From the NCBI RefSeq assembly GCF_009914755.1, contig NC_060934.1: a stretch of 64,000 nt of DNA; one strand, given 5' to 3'. Below the pieces are notes generated by a model, which searched no databases, was not told where the DNA came from, and saw only the letters and a program-made list of their open reading frames with translations. The position numbers and the translations under genes were made by a program. The DNA is from the human T2T-CHM13v2.0 reference genome, Homo sapiens. Of this stretch, positions 1 through 11,897 are shown piece by piece (the first letter of the stretch is position 1; each line of letters starts with the position of its first letter).

Positions 1-106
1 GATGGCATGGGCTGGGGGGCTGGAGTGCCAAAAGCCTCTCCTTCCAGAGAGAGGACACGCCACCAGAAGTTCCTGAGCAGCCGTCACTTGTGTTTGGAGC
101 GTCCCC

Positions 107-126
107 CTGCTGCTGCTGCTGCTGCT
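107..126 (+). repeat. (CTG)6 / (CAG)6 trinucleotide tract
   Basis: ctgctgctgctgctgctgct read directly. Confidence 0.95.
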
Positions 127-309
127 CTGAGACAGACTCTGGAGGTACACAGGGAGGGGGCGGGATATGAGCATACAGACCCAGTGCCCCGTTATGGCAA
201 CGTAGGTGACCAAGGACAGTGAGAAATAGCCAGCTTATGGGATAACGTCACAGATTGTGCTCGGGCTTCACATAATGGACTAGGGTAAAGTAAGCAGCAA
301 TCTAAAGAC

Positions 310-330
310 CTGAGCAACATGGACAGGCTC
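310..330 (+). promoter_or_regulatory. RE1/NRSE-like motif (possible REST site)
   Basis: ctgAGCAaCATGGACAGgctc matches TTCAGCACCATGGACAGCGCC at 15/21 positions, with an intact GGACAG core and canonical spacing. Confidence 0.35.
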
Positions 331-1719
331 TCAGGTCAAGGAAGGTGAGGCAGTTTAGCAAGGTGCCACGTTGGGATCATAGACAGGGCTACAAATCTGC
401 GGCTGGGAAGATAATTTCCTCAGCCTTAAAAGTGAGGCAAAGAGGGACTGGGGGAGTAGTGGCTATCACGGAGGTCCCAAGAGTGGCAGGGCTCAGCAGC
501 AAGGCCTGCAGTGGTGCTGGCGGTGGTGGGCGGGACTTGTAGAGCCTCTTAGAGGCTAGATGAGGGGCAGGAGGCAGGCACGCGAAACCCCAGGGTGCCA
601 GACAGAAAACGAGCGCCTCTGAAACAAGGTGGAAACGGGGCTAGGGTTGGGGTTAGAGTTCGCCTCCCCCAGCCGAGGGGCTGCACCTTGTTCACATCCG
701 GAGGAGGTGAGGGGCCCTGTGGGTGGGGGCGGTGCGAATGGGAACAGTAGAGGCACAGGGACAGCCTCATCAAGGCTTTCCTTTTGTGCGAAATCTGAGT
801 GAACATAGAAAGTGGCTCCTTCTCTTCCTGGGAGAGACACTGATTGAAGATGATGCCCCTAAGTTGTATCGCAGAAAATGAAGCATGGCTCCTGGTGAGT
901 GTTATTTTCTGCCTCCCTGCCCTCACCCTGAGCGGTGCTGAGGTGCAGCTGCCTCATCCTTCACCGGCTTCCTCTGTGCAGGAGGCTGCGCGCACCCCGG
1001 GCGAGGAGCATCTCTCACCCGGACAGCGGGGATCCAACCGCACTCAGGGCTCGCTTTGTTAATCTTCCAAATCCTTCAGGCCAGAGCACAATCCCTTGCA
1101 GAGGCCTGAATCAGAGCACCAACAGGAAATGAAGGGGAGAAGAGAGCCGCACTCATTAACCTTTTCCTTTCAATCAGGCCAGTACCAAACTTCTCGCCTG
1201 TAACTCTCAAAGCTCTCACCGAATCAGGGTCTCGGAGATGAGTAAATGAAGGAGCTGAAAACAGTTGAGTGACTTGCCCGAGGTCACCCCCACCCTAAGT
1301 TTCTGGTCCCAACACCGCAATCCCCTCCATTTCATCCTCTGTCTTCAGTAGAGGCTCCAGGAAGGAGATATTCAGCCTGCCCGACTCTTTTGTTTTGAAT
1401 AAAAAGTCACATCTGCTTAGGCATCACTGTGGTTGCACCTTCTTCCCCCAATTAATGACAGGGACACTTTCCTTTGTGAAAGTGAAACCCCAAGTTTCTC
1501 TCCATGATGGCAGAGGGAGAGTGAATGCCCAGCAATGACTACGCAGAGCCAGACTCTGGCAGGAAGGAAACTGCCCTGTGAGCCATGACTGGCCAAGCAT
1601 CTCTGAGGGCCATGAGCTCCCCTGCCATGCCACAGGAAAGCATTTCGCACCCTATAGGGGCCTGCAGGTTACTGAGAAAAAGGAATGAGGGAGAGACATA
1701 TTTTCTGGATACACTGTTT

Positions 1720-1850
1720 GTGACAAGTTTTGTGCTCAGTCTTTTTATATACATGATTTTATTTAATCCTCACCGCTTTAGGAAGACATTATTTCCCTGA
1801 GGAAACTGAAGCTCAGAGTGTTTACCCAGACGATGAGTGGCTTTTCTGGG
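1720..1850 (-). mobile_element. MIR SINE fragment
   Basis: atttaatcctcac...gaggaaactgaagctcagag, the reverse-strand MIR core. Confidence 0.7.
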
Positions 1851-2017
1851 AGGCAGGTGCAGCCCTGGGTGCACCTGAAGCCTGTGTTCACTGCAGCATG
1901 AGCCCTAGAAAAAGCCCCTCTAGTTCTAGTTCTGGCAAGCTCTGGTGGCAACTCTCTCATTCTTTTCACCAAGAGTCACCAAAATTAAATCCAGAAAATC
2001 AGACTTGTCAGAATGAC

Positions 2018-2025
2018 TGACGTCA
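2018..2025. promoter_or_regulatory. Perfect palindromic CRE (TGACGTCA)
   Basis: Exact motif with its CpG retained, ~1 kb from the CpG-rich region. Function untested. Confidence 0.3.
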
Positions 2026-2149
2026 AAGGATACCAGAGAGGCATCTTGGGCATCTTGCTCACTTGGGCCTGTGATCCCTGCAAGGGGTGGATCACAACCT
2101 GCCCACTGTCAGGATTCAAGGCTGACGATGTACTGAGATGGCTTAGGCA

Positions 2150-2320
2150 CACCGGCTCCCAAACCTGGCTGTGCCACTCACCAGTGCTGCAACCTTGGGC
2201 ATGTTATCTAGCCTTTCCATTCCCTCAACTACGAATTGATGATAACTTGTTTCCTCCCAGGTTTCTTATAAGAATAAAACAAAGCACTGTTTTAATGCGT
2301 TTGGTGCCATACTGGTCGTG
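2150..2320 (+). mobile_element. MIR SINE
   Basis: cctggctgtgccactcaccagtgctgcaaccttgggcatgttat resembles the MIR core. Confidence 0.7.
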
Positions 2321-4559
2321 TATTGGATAAATTCCTAGCAGGAGTACTTGTTGAATAACTAATACTTGTGCCCATGGACATGTCACTGCCTTGAGCAGTT
2401 TGCTCTACAGGGTCATATTTATTTGGAATTATTTAGAGTCACTATTGGAGGGAAAACATGAAAAGGAAAGAAAATGACAGGAGGCAAAAAATAGGGAAGC
2501 TGGTGAGTAAAACTTGAGGAAGCTGGTGGAACTGTGTTAGTACATGAGGATCACCTTCAGAGAAGGCTGAAGAGCCCCTTGGGTGAGCTCCAGAGCACCT
2601 AGATGGTCATGATGGGTAAAGGAGTGGAAGAGTCATCTTATTTGTGAGGTCATTTTCTTATGAAAAGTGTTACAAGCCCCGTGTGGGGCACGGCTCAGGC
2701 ATGGGTGGGGGTGGCACAGATGAGGGACCTCATCTTCATGTCTGCTTTCTCATGATTCCACGCCATCCCTGTCTGAGCAGGCAGTCCTCCACTGCAGCAC
2801 ATGTGGTAGGGCCAGGCTACCTGGGTGTGTTCATCACGCAGATGAACTGCAAATTTTCTGCTTGGCATTATCCCCACACTGCCATCCTTTCTGGACAATC
2901 CTTTCTTGCTCTGATGACTTTAAAAATAATTATTTTTCTGTTTCTTTCTACTGAAAAAGACAAGGAGAGAAATCTATTACTGGACTTAGGCTGCAGCTTC
3001 TAATTTAGTCATTAAAACCATTTGGGAGTCCTTAAGCCTTTTACATTGATGGCCCTAGGACACCCTTTTCCCAATTTCTGAAGTCAATTTCTAGTAAAGT
3101 TATAATACCTGCTGATGAGCATGTGATGTGAGGAGAATCTTGCTTTAAAAAAATTACCAAAACATGATTCTGACAGATTCTCAGTTTTAAGAGGCTTGCA
3201 AGGTGAAGAGACAGTGGTTTGCAGTGTTTACAGTCCACAATGGAAGCTCGCCTGAAATATCACAGATTTAGAAAGCAGGAGGATTTGCTAAAGCTAAGCT
3301 CACTTCTGTAATAACATTTTTTTAACTGCCTTTGTTGTTAGGCTGAAGGCAGTTCACCTGCTCATTTGTCAAATTTGTGATTCTATTGCCAAGAAAATGA
3401 GAGAAACAGGCAGAAAAGAGAAGAGGGAAAACATTTGTTTCAAAAAGAAAAATAAAGGTCTTTTTCTGACATGATTTGCCATGCTCCATCTCTTAGATGG
3501 CAGACAGCACACCAGTTGTATGGTAGCCCCTCGGATACATCATACTTGGATTATCTAAGATTACCTAAGTAGATGTGGGTTTTAAAGATGTGAAAATTAT
3601 GCATTAGAAGTCTACATGGTCCACAGAAGAGACCACCCTGAGAAGAAGCGCAGTTCCCCCCAGGATGCCACTCACCCCTTATTCTGCCCTGGAAGACCAT
3701 CCCAATCCCTCGTTTATTTCTATAGCCTTGACTCCATCACTTTAACCTCTTTCCTTCAAAATCTGTGCTCAAAATTGACTTCTTTCTTCAGCTTCCACAA
3801 ACCATCTTGTTCCTAACACTTCAGGCAAGCTCTGCCAATGCTATTCACTCTCACCTCCCACCCCAACCCTCTACCCACTTAGCAAATTCAGTACAAATAA
3901 CAGCTCCTCTGCTGAATCTTTTCTGACCCCTCATGGGCTGCCTTATGGCCTCTCTGCTGTTTCTGCTCGACTCCATTGACCCTCGATCTTTACCAGTCAA
4001 TGCCAACAAGTGGCAAAAAGGGCAGTGCCACAAAACATCCTGTCCTTTTTACATGCCCACATACTCACCTTTTTTAGGCTCATGAAATCATGGGGATTTA
4101 TTTGGGTAAACATGGAGAAACTGAGGCACAGGGCTGTTTTAGCTTTAGAAAGTATGTACATCAGGAAATACAGGTTAAGATTTGGGAGTGCTGGACAGTG
4201 TTTACCTGTGGATCAATGATACTGAGTGAGCTCAAAAAGAATTTTAGGAGAAACTGCCATGCTGGACACAAACCAACAGCAAAGCAGTGAACTCACTTAC
4301 TCGTCCCTCACTAGGAGCCAGGCACAGTGCTAGATGCAGACAAGATGAGGTCTGGTCATTGAGGAGCTAGAAATTAAATAAGGAGTTGGACAAAGCAGCA
4401 ATATATTCCACTTGGGGAAAATGATAATATCTGCATGATTTTTTTTTCTAATAAAACCTAACTGGAATTTTTTAGTCTCCATCCACTATCCTTAGTTCTG
4501 CCCCCTGGTGGGTCCCACAAAAAGTTCAAAAGTATTCATTGTACAATGGGATACCATTG

Positions 4560-4760
4560 TTTATGAGCACCCTTAGGCTACTCTCTCCTTGTTGCCCCAT
4601 GCCACCTCATTCCTTGTGAAACAGCAGAGTGTTTCACTGTTTTCTGTTCTAAAATGATGCCTCCAGCATCCTGGACATTCTTCCCTGGACTCTATCTATC
4701 TGTCAGTGTTGTTCCTGAAGTACATTGGCCTGGTCTAGACCTAGTGTCTAGCCATAATAT
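4560..4760 (-). mobile_element. L3/CR1 LINE fragment, highly diverged
   Basis: Minus strand acactgacagatagatagagtccagggaagaatgtccaggatgctggagg resembles the CR1 ORF2 C-terminal region (DIDKLERVQRRATRM-like). Confidence 0.4.
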
Positions 4761-5117
4761 GAACCATACTGCCTAGACCTGAACCACCACCTTCCTCTGT
4801 GTTGTCAGCCATTTTCATAATCCATTTCTTGATGGCACTGGCAATGTTTTTCAGAAGATTTGGGATCCTAATTCAGCATGTTTGATAACAACATACTAGA
4901 CATCCTTCCTTATTCCTGTCATGCAGAAACTTGATGGGAATACTGATATTGCTTTTACAAGTCTACAGTAAACATCTGAACATGATAAAACCATTTACAG
5001 CCTTTTCTTTTCCAAAGCAGTGATTTCTACCTTAGTGCCATGGGCCAGGGAGGGAGGCAGGGCATTAGCATAAAGTCATCAGTATTTTATTTTGTTAAGT
5101 AAGGGAATTTTTTATTT

Positions 5118-5290
5118 TAAAAGAAAGAAAAAGATAAAGAAAAAAGAAGGAAAGGAAGAAGGAAAGAAGGAAGGAAGGAAGGGAGGGAGGGAAGGAGGGA
5201 GGGAGGAGGAGGAGAGGAGGGAGGGAGAGAGGGAGAAAGAAAAAAAAAGAAAGAAAGAAGGAAAGAAAGAAAGAAAAGTAAAGAAAAGAC
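5118..5290 (+). repeat. Purine-rich low-complexity / (GGAA),(GAAA),(GGA) simple repeat
   Basis: ~170 bp of almost pure A/G. Confidence 0.95.
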
Positions 5291-6329
5291 TACCATCTAC
5301 AGTCACTATCATTTTATTGGATAAAAGAAAAACTAACCAACAACAGGAAAGATATCATCTTAAAATAAAAAAAGTCTTTACATGACTCATATATTTTGTT
5401 CTCTGAAAAGCTCACAAAATGGTCCTAATTTTTATTATTTTACCATGGACACATGGAGACTCAGCCTGATATGTAGGCCCTCTGCACTACCAGGACCTAC
5501 TCCCTGAAGGATTTCCCAGCATGGACACTGGCTTCTTTCTCAGCTCACCCTGACCTTCACCACCATCCATGTGCTGCATATCCTGGGTTCACAGCACACA
5601 TTTTGTCCAATACTTGTGAATAAATGGATGTAAAAATAAATATGATTAATAGAAAATAGGCTCCACTGAGTTAAAAATTATCTCCAACAGTTCTTTAACT
5701 CAGTGACTATTGATCTGGTGGCAAGAAATGGTTCATTTGTCAGAGGGAACACAGCCAAGAGAACAGTTTACTGCCTTTGTGTGACCAAGTACATTTGTCT
5801 TGTGTGACATTGTCTCCTAAGTCTTGCATAGCCACTGCCTTTCAACAGGCCTTAAACCCCTGGCTCTAGAGTCTTGAAGCCCTAACATCAACAAGATGGC
5901 ATGACAATCCCCAGGACCTCTCATGCCCACAGCTGTGGAAGCTCAGAGATATCTGCGGGCAGCCCTGGGTCATGCACACCAGAGCTCTAAGGTTTATTTA
6001 ACACATGATTCAATGATGGCTCTCCCTTCCTCAGCCCCCAGCTAGTAACCGATAAGCCTAACTCCAGTCATGTCCATTTCCTGTTGCCTGGTAAATTTTC
6101 CTAAATTTCAACTCTTACCTTAGCCTTCCCCAGCTCAAAAATCTTTAAAGACTTTAAATTAGGCCCCCCAAAAGGCCCAAGACTTTAGACAGCATTAAAG
6201 GACTCCTTTCATCTGGATTTAATGTATCCTTTCAACTACAGTTCCTTTTAAATGGCCTTTGAAATATCTACTTTGCTTGTTAGTAAGTGTTGTTGTCTTA
6301 TGTACTTTTCAAGAAAATGAACTGGGAGC

Positions 6330-6575
6330 CTCCTCAGCACCAGCATAAAGTCCCACAAGAAATACCTCAAAATTTTAGACGGGTGATCAAGGTAGGCAGA
6401 CACACATAAGTGAAGACACAACTGTTAGTCATATTGTGATCTTCTCCAGTACCTAGCACAGGGTTAGGTACACCATATGTAGTCAATGCGTAGGCATTGG
6501 ATAAAGAAAGGACAGAAGGCAGAAAGACAAGAAGAAAGGGAGAGATGAGGGAAAGGAAAGGGATGAATGAATTCA
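6330..6575 (+). mobile_element. L2 LINE 3' end fragment
   Basis: tctccagtacctagcacagggttagg...tagtcaatg followed by a purine-rich / tgaatgaa tail. Confidence 0.55.
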
Positions 6576-6829
6576 AGAGAGCTCAGATTTTAAATTATAT
6601 TCAGTTCTATTAACTAAATTTTATCTCTGGGACCACAGGGCAAAAGTGCAGGAGGATAAAGCTAAGAGAGTAAGAGTGAGAGGCTTTGAATCAATTCTGT
6701 CCACAAAGAGGCAAGGAAAGAAGAAATAAAGTCTCATGTCACAGGCATGGGAACCCCCAGTCTGCAGCAAAGGAGAGGAAATATGAATGTTTAAAGTAAA
6801 GGCAAATGGGCCAAAGATTTGGTGAAAGT

Positions 6830-7247
6830 CTATCGCAGAGGTGCCTGGTGACTTACTTACAACTGCCCCTCTGCTCTGTGTCCAGGTCTTCTTCCAGGTG
6901 CTAGCTCTGCTAACCAAGAGTGGTCCCAGCCACCCATCAGGCACTTGCCTGCAGTTCCTCAAAAGACAGAAGCCACACAAATTCAACAACTTTAAATAGA
7001 CATCCCCCGCAGGTTCTCTGCACAGTCTACTTTGTTGCTTTCTCAGCAAGCTCCATCCTGTCCACCTGCTTCATTTCTCCAGGAAACCCAGTTTGTGACT
7101 CTCCTCTGATCAACCAGCTTCCTCTTCTAGACCTTCACTTACCATCCAGACCTCCTACAGCTGTGGCAAGTCTAAATCCTATAATAAATCCTTTATTCCA
7201 CAGTACTCATTATGAATTTCCTTCCCTGATTGAACCCTGACTAGTAG
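6830..7247 (+). mobile_element. ERVL-type solo LTR (LTR41/LTR40-like)
   Basis: 3' end ataataaatcctttattcc...ccttccctgattgaaccctgactag, typical of this ERVL LTR group. The 5' boundary is approximate. Confidence 0.55.
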
Positions 7248-7326
7248 GAAATGAGGAGGCCTCTATATGCCCGAACTTTTATAGACAGGAAGCAGCCTGA
7301 GAAAGCTATTTCTACTGTAAACATGA

Positions 7327-7645
<319 letters not shown>

Positions 7646-7685
7646 AACATGAACTATTTCTTAGGTAAAAGGAAATGTATTCAAA

Positions 7686-8229
7686 TGTTCCCAGAATTTG
7701 TTTTACTCGGGTATGGTAAGACAGCAGACACAGGAATGATCGTCATGAAGGAAGAGGTTTATACTCACAGATTCCTAGAGACAGGAGGCATGGCATGTCA
7801 TGCAGGGCCACGTAGAGAAGCATCAGGGACAGTCAGGAGGTTAGAGAAGGACAGGATGGGGAACATGGCCCATAACCTTTTTGGGGGGTTTTTGCAGGAA
7901 GGAACAGAGGAGACAGGGTAGTTACATTAAATAAGCTCAAGATTTGATAGCTTGAATAAATTCAGGCAGACTCTGGGCTGCATGGGTGGTTCCTTGTTGT
8001 CTGTGATGTAGTTCTGGGATGATTTGTGGCAGGGGGAATGTTGGCCTGGTGTGTGAGAGTTTGATAAAAAAGATGGCTGGTTGGTTCGTATATCAAAGGC
8101 ATGTTCCCAGGGAAGTTATTTGCAGTCGCTAGAAATTACCTTGCTGTGGGAGGAGCAGTTTCTCCAGGACTGAATCCCCAGATGCCAGACTTTCAAGAAT
8201 ACAGTAAATAATAAAACATAGTCAATACA
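7686..8229. mobile_element. MER76-like ERVL solo LTR
   Basis: tgttcccaga...actcacag...ggcatggcatgtcatgcagggccac...aatacagtaaataataaaacatagtcaataca, with TG...CA termini. Confidence 0.7.
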
Positions 8230-8370
8230 GAAGAGATGATTCAGAGAAATGGAGGGCCAAGTCAACAAAGCTAAGATCTAAGGAGAACCATCACCAGGGA
8301 GCAAGACTGAATTCTAATCACTACACATCTCCCGTCCCCAGAGTAGGGGGACTTAAGACACATGCCCAGT

Positions 8371-8653
8371 GGCTGGGCACAGTGGCTCACACCTGTAATC
8401 TCAGCATTTTTGGAGGCCAAGGCAGGTGGATCACTTGACCTCAGGAGTTCAAGACCAGCCTGGGCAACATGGTGAAACCCTCTCTCTACAAAATATATAC
8501 AAATTAGCTGGGAATGGTGGTGCATGACTGTAGTTCCAGCTACTCGGGTGGCTGAAGTGAGAGGATCACCTGAGCCCAGGAGGTGGAGGTTGTGGTGAGC
8601 TGAGATTGCACTACTGCACTCCAGCCTGGTCGACAGAGGGAGGCCCTGTCTGA

Positions 8654-8721
<68 letters not shown>

Positions 8722-8750
8722 AACAGAGACGGAGGGAGGGAAGGAAGGGA
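8371..8750 (+). mobile_element. AluJb with tail converted to (GAAA)18, TSD aagaca(c/a)atgcccagt
   Basis: Alu body 8371-8651 with J diagnostics (ggatcacctgagcccaggagg, ccctgtct). TSD at 8355-8370 and 8751-8766. Confidence 0.93.
8652..8723 (+). repeat. (GAAA)18 perfect tetranucleotide microsatellite
   Basis: Counted directly, 72 bp. Confidence 0.97.
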
Positions 8751-9119
8751 AAGACAAATGCCCAGTTGCAGCCGCAGTCTAGAATGGCCGTGGAGCAGTG
8801 GTGTTTATGTGCCTCCCTTTGAACATGAGTTGCTGTCGCAGTTGTCATATACTTGCCCCATCATTGTATGTTCGGTTATGTCTCTTTAATTCAAAGGCCA
8901 ACAGATAAAGAAAAAACATACTAAAGGATCTACTCCCATGGAAAGACACCTCAGGGTCAGTTTCTCATAAGCTCTTGGACCTGAATGAATGAAAAGATCC
9001 TGGCCTTCAAGCCTAAATCTGATGTCATAATTGGAAACAATTTTTGTGTTTTTTTAGGGTGTGGGGGAGTATGTTTTCCTTTGGAAGAAGCATAAGTAAT
9101 TTGTGGCCAAAGGGGGAAC

Positions 9120-9629
9120 TGTGAATAATTAAAGATGGTCTTAACTTCTTTGTTTTCTCCACTCTTCTCATCTAAAGGTGAGCCATATTCCCCTCCTTTT
9201 GAATGTGGGGTGGCCTTTTGATCTACTTTGACTAAAAGAATATGGTGGAAGAGACCCTGCATAACTTATAAATCTAGACCTTCAGGAATATGCAGTTTTT
9301 GTGCACTAAAAACACTCTCTCAGAGCCCAGTTGCTACACAGAGAGAAACTCAAGCAATATGGAGAGTTCAGGTCAATGACAACCATGCTCCCTAGTTGAC
9401 AGCCCAGCTGAGCTCCCAGCAAACAATGCTACCAAAATCAGCCATTTGAGTGATTCTAGCCTGCAGATGATTGCAGTCACAGCCAACCAAAATGAGGAGC
9501 AGAAGCACCCCCCACGTTAAACCCAAGCGTGCTTTAGAATTGTGAGAGATAATAAATGGTGATTATTGTTTTTAAGCCATTCGGGGAGGCACAGAGGGAG
9601 GGTTGTCACACCACAGTAGATCTGAAACA
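9120..9629 (+). mobile_element. MLT1H/G-like MaLR LTR (3' LTR of the internal sequence above)
   Basis: tgtgaataattaaagatgg...tcccctccttttgaatgtggggtggcc...aataaatggtgattattgtttttaagcca...gtagatctgaaaca. Confidence 0.75.
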
Positions 9630-10370
9630 AGGGAAGAGCAAACTTGGAGATGCTTTAAAATAATCTAGAGTGTGGTGTCCGGTCTATGTTCTCAGATTTT
9701 CCCATTAGATATCCTTCTAAATGTCTATTTGTTTTTATCTCTCTCTAAAGAACCACCTTCCTCCAAAAGGAGAGCAGCCACAAATCAAACATTTGGGACA
9801 CATTTGATTGTCTATTTGGACAGCTCTTATCTGTCCTTTGGGAAGTTTTCTTCTCCACTCCCTTATGTTAACAGAGACAAAGACTCTTAAAACAAACAAA
9901 AAAATTAAAATTTCCTTCAGAGATTAACGCTCTCGTATATAGAAGTAAGAAGCCTTCTATAGGTTCTAGCCACTCTGTATTCATTTTGCTTTTATATTGC
10001 TGCTGGCTAATCTACATGACATAAAAGTATATCTCTGTACTCTTATAACAATCTATAAATTTCCTTTATAGATTGGTGTCTCTGAATGAAGAGTTAGCAT
10101 AGTTTATTTATGTGGTTCTAGCTGCACTGTTTTTATTTTACTATTGCATTGCTTTTGGCAAATCTACATATCATAAAAGGATATTTGTGCCTGCTTGCCT
10201 GAAGCTTGTTAATATGTTTCCAAAGTTGCCTAAAACATGATTAAGATTACTCAGGACAGTCATCAGGCCTTGGGATCCAAATTAGGTCAACCTAATTTGG
10301 ATGGTGCCCTTGAGCTCTTCTATTCCTCAACCTGGCAAAGAAACTTGGAGCACTGAGATACACGAACACA

Positions 10371-10536
10371 TAGGTTGCCTGACTTAGTAAATAAAAATAC
10401 AGACCATTTAGTTAAATTTGAAGTTCAGATGAACAACACAGCTTTTAATAATGCAAGTCCATTCTATTCAATATTTGGAAACACTTAACTAAAAACATAT
10501 TAAACTGGATGTCCTGTGTTTTACCTGACAACCCTA
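10371..10536. mobile_element. MER53 hAT-type MITE, internally deleted
   Basis: Terminal inverted repeats taggttgcctga / tgacaacccta, and the internal aataaaaatacag...gttaaatttgaa.ttcagat. Confidence 0.8.
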
Positions 10537-10719
10537 TCATAAGGTCACACCAAGGTGTAAGGAGACCAGGTGTGTTTCCTATAGTCCTACATCCTTTAAC
10601 AAAATGTGTTTTTCTGCTTCTAGGGGATTCATAGGAATGTGGTATGAAAAAGATAATATAGACTTCCCAGAACGCTGTGAGGTAGGGCAAGAGACCTCAC
10701 ATCTCTTGGGCACCAATAA

Positions 10720-10890
10720 TACATCCCAAATTTCACATATATTATTTCACGCAATTTTCACAACAATCTGGACAGATGTGAGTGTAGTCACTTTGCTAAT
10801 GAAGAAACATACACTTAGAAAAGGGTTTGTCCAGGTTCCGCAGCACTTAAGTTGAGGCTCAGCTCTCTGACCCAAATCTCTCTGGTTCCC
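10720..10890 (-). mobile_element. MIR SINE
   Basis: tttcacatatattatttca...ttcacaacaatctg...aatgaagaaac. Confidence 0.55.
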
Positions 10891-11644
10891 AAGACTATGT
10901 TCTTATAGCTCCACAACATGCTGACCTCCAGGGAGCAGATGGGGACAGTGGGGGCTGTAAGGGGGGCATGAAGTTCTTGCTATTTTTCTGTCACTCTTGT
11001 GCCTTTTGTGTGTTCCCTTGTTGCATGACATTTGCGAAGCTTGTTGATAACTGTATACTTTACTGAGGACAAAGAAAAGTAAGAGAGAAACTGGGAAGAT
11101 GTAGAAAAGACATGAAATGTGGCTCTTTTTTAATCTCTGAAGGCAGAATAAGTTCTTATATAGTGACTTAAACAGTCCCTTAGCCACTTTCTCTTGTCAC
11201 CATACAGATGGCAGCAGGTTCTTCTTCCATGGAAAGGGAGCCGAGCAGGGGGATTGCTCTGAGGTAAACTTATGGCTAAGTGGTCCCTCTTTGATCACTC
11301 AGAGTCCTAGCAGAACAAAGTCTATTGTTACATGGCACAAAGTAAAAATAAGAAGGCTACTCTTCTGAAGGTGCAGAGGAGGTCTCTGTGTCTTGGAATA
11401 TTGTAGGAGGGAATAAAGGGAGAAGAAAAATGAGGACACAAGGCAATGTAAAGTAAGTTATGAGTCCCAGTGCTGTGTAGTTATAACCTATGCTGCTTGG
11501 TGTAGATATAACCCTGCAAGCAATATATAGGACTTCAATTGTAAAAAGGTAGTGCATATTATATCACCCCTATGTGGAGGTTTATTTTCCACAAAGGAAC
11601 AAGCCAAGACTTAGATTCAAGATGTTAGCAGATTAGTTTCTTTT

Positions 11645-11897
11645 TCATGGAAGACGGACACCTCTTAGCCAAGTTAAGTGTCTTAGTGCATTTGGGCTGC
11701 TGTGACAAAATACAATAGACTGGTATCTTATAAACAACAGACATTCATTGCTGGAATGATTGGACATTTCTTAGCCAGGTTAAGTGTCTTAGTCATGGAA
11801 GACTGACACCTCTTAGCTAGGTTAAGTGTCCTAGCCCATTTGGGCTGCTATAACAAAATACAACAGACTGGTATCTTATAAACAATAGACATTCATT
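11645..11897 (+). repeat. Complex tandem duplication of flank + MLT1A LTR edge (two ~105 bp copies plus a partial middle copy)
   Basis: tcatggaagac.gacacctcttagc.a.gttaagtgtc.tag...acattcatt at 11645-11749 and 11793-11897. Partial copy at 11750-11792. Confidence 0.9.

Larger units (their letters stand above)
1..1200. promoter_or_regulatory. GC/CpG-enriched putative promoter / first-exon region of an unidentified gene
   Basis: Much higher CpG and GC density than the rest of the window (especially 560-1060). GC boxes GGGGCGGG at 157-164 and GGGCGGG at ~528-534. GTTATGGCAAC (RFX-like) at 191-201 and AACGTCA (CRE-like) at 244-250. No repeat elements recognised. Confidence 0.55.

Noticed and set aside
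98-113. CTCF-like motif on the minus strand (GCAGCAGGGGGACGCT)
   Set aside because: It has an extra base in the core relative to CCASYAGRKGGCRS and is partly generated by the CAG repeat.
1010-1030. Second RE1-like site (tctcacccggacagcgg)
   Set aside because: Spacing is one base short and the left half-site is poor.
7-1132. ORFs in the GC-rich start (including poly-Ala from the CTG tract) as coding exons
   Set aside because: Expected by chance in GC-rich DNA; no homology recognised, so no gene symbol is assigned.
5092-5385. K/E/R-rich ORF and its antisense F/S/L-rich ORF
   Set aside because: Translation of a purine simple repeat.
11645-11897. Repeat-spacer pattern as a CRISPR-like array
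   Set aside because: Eukaryotic DNA; the units are duplicated LTR/flank sequence without unique spacers or cas genes.
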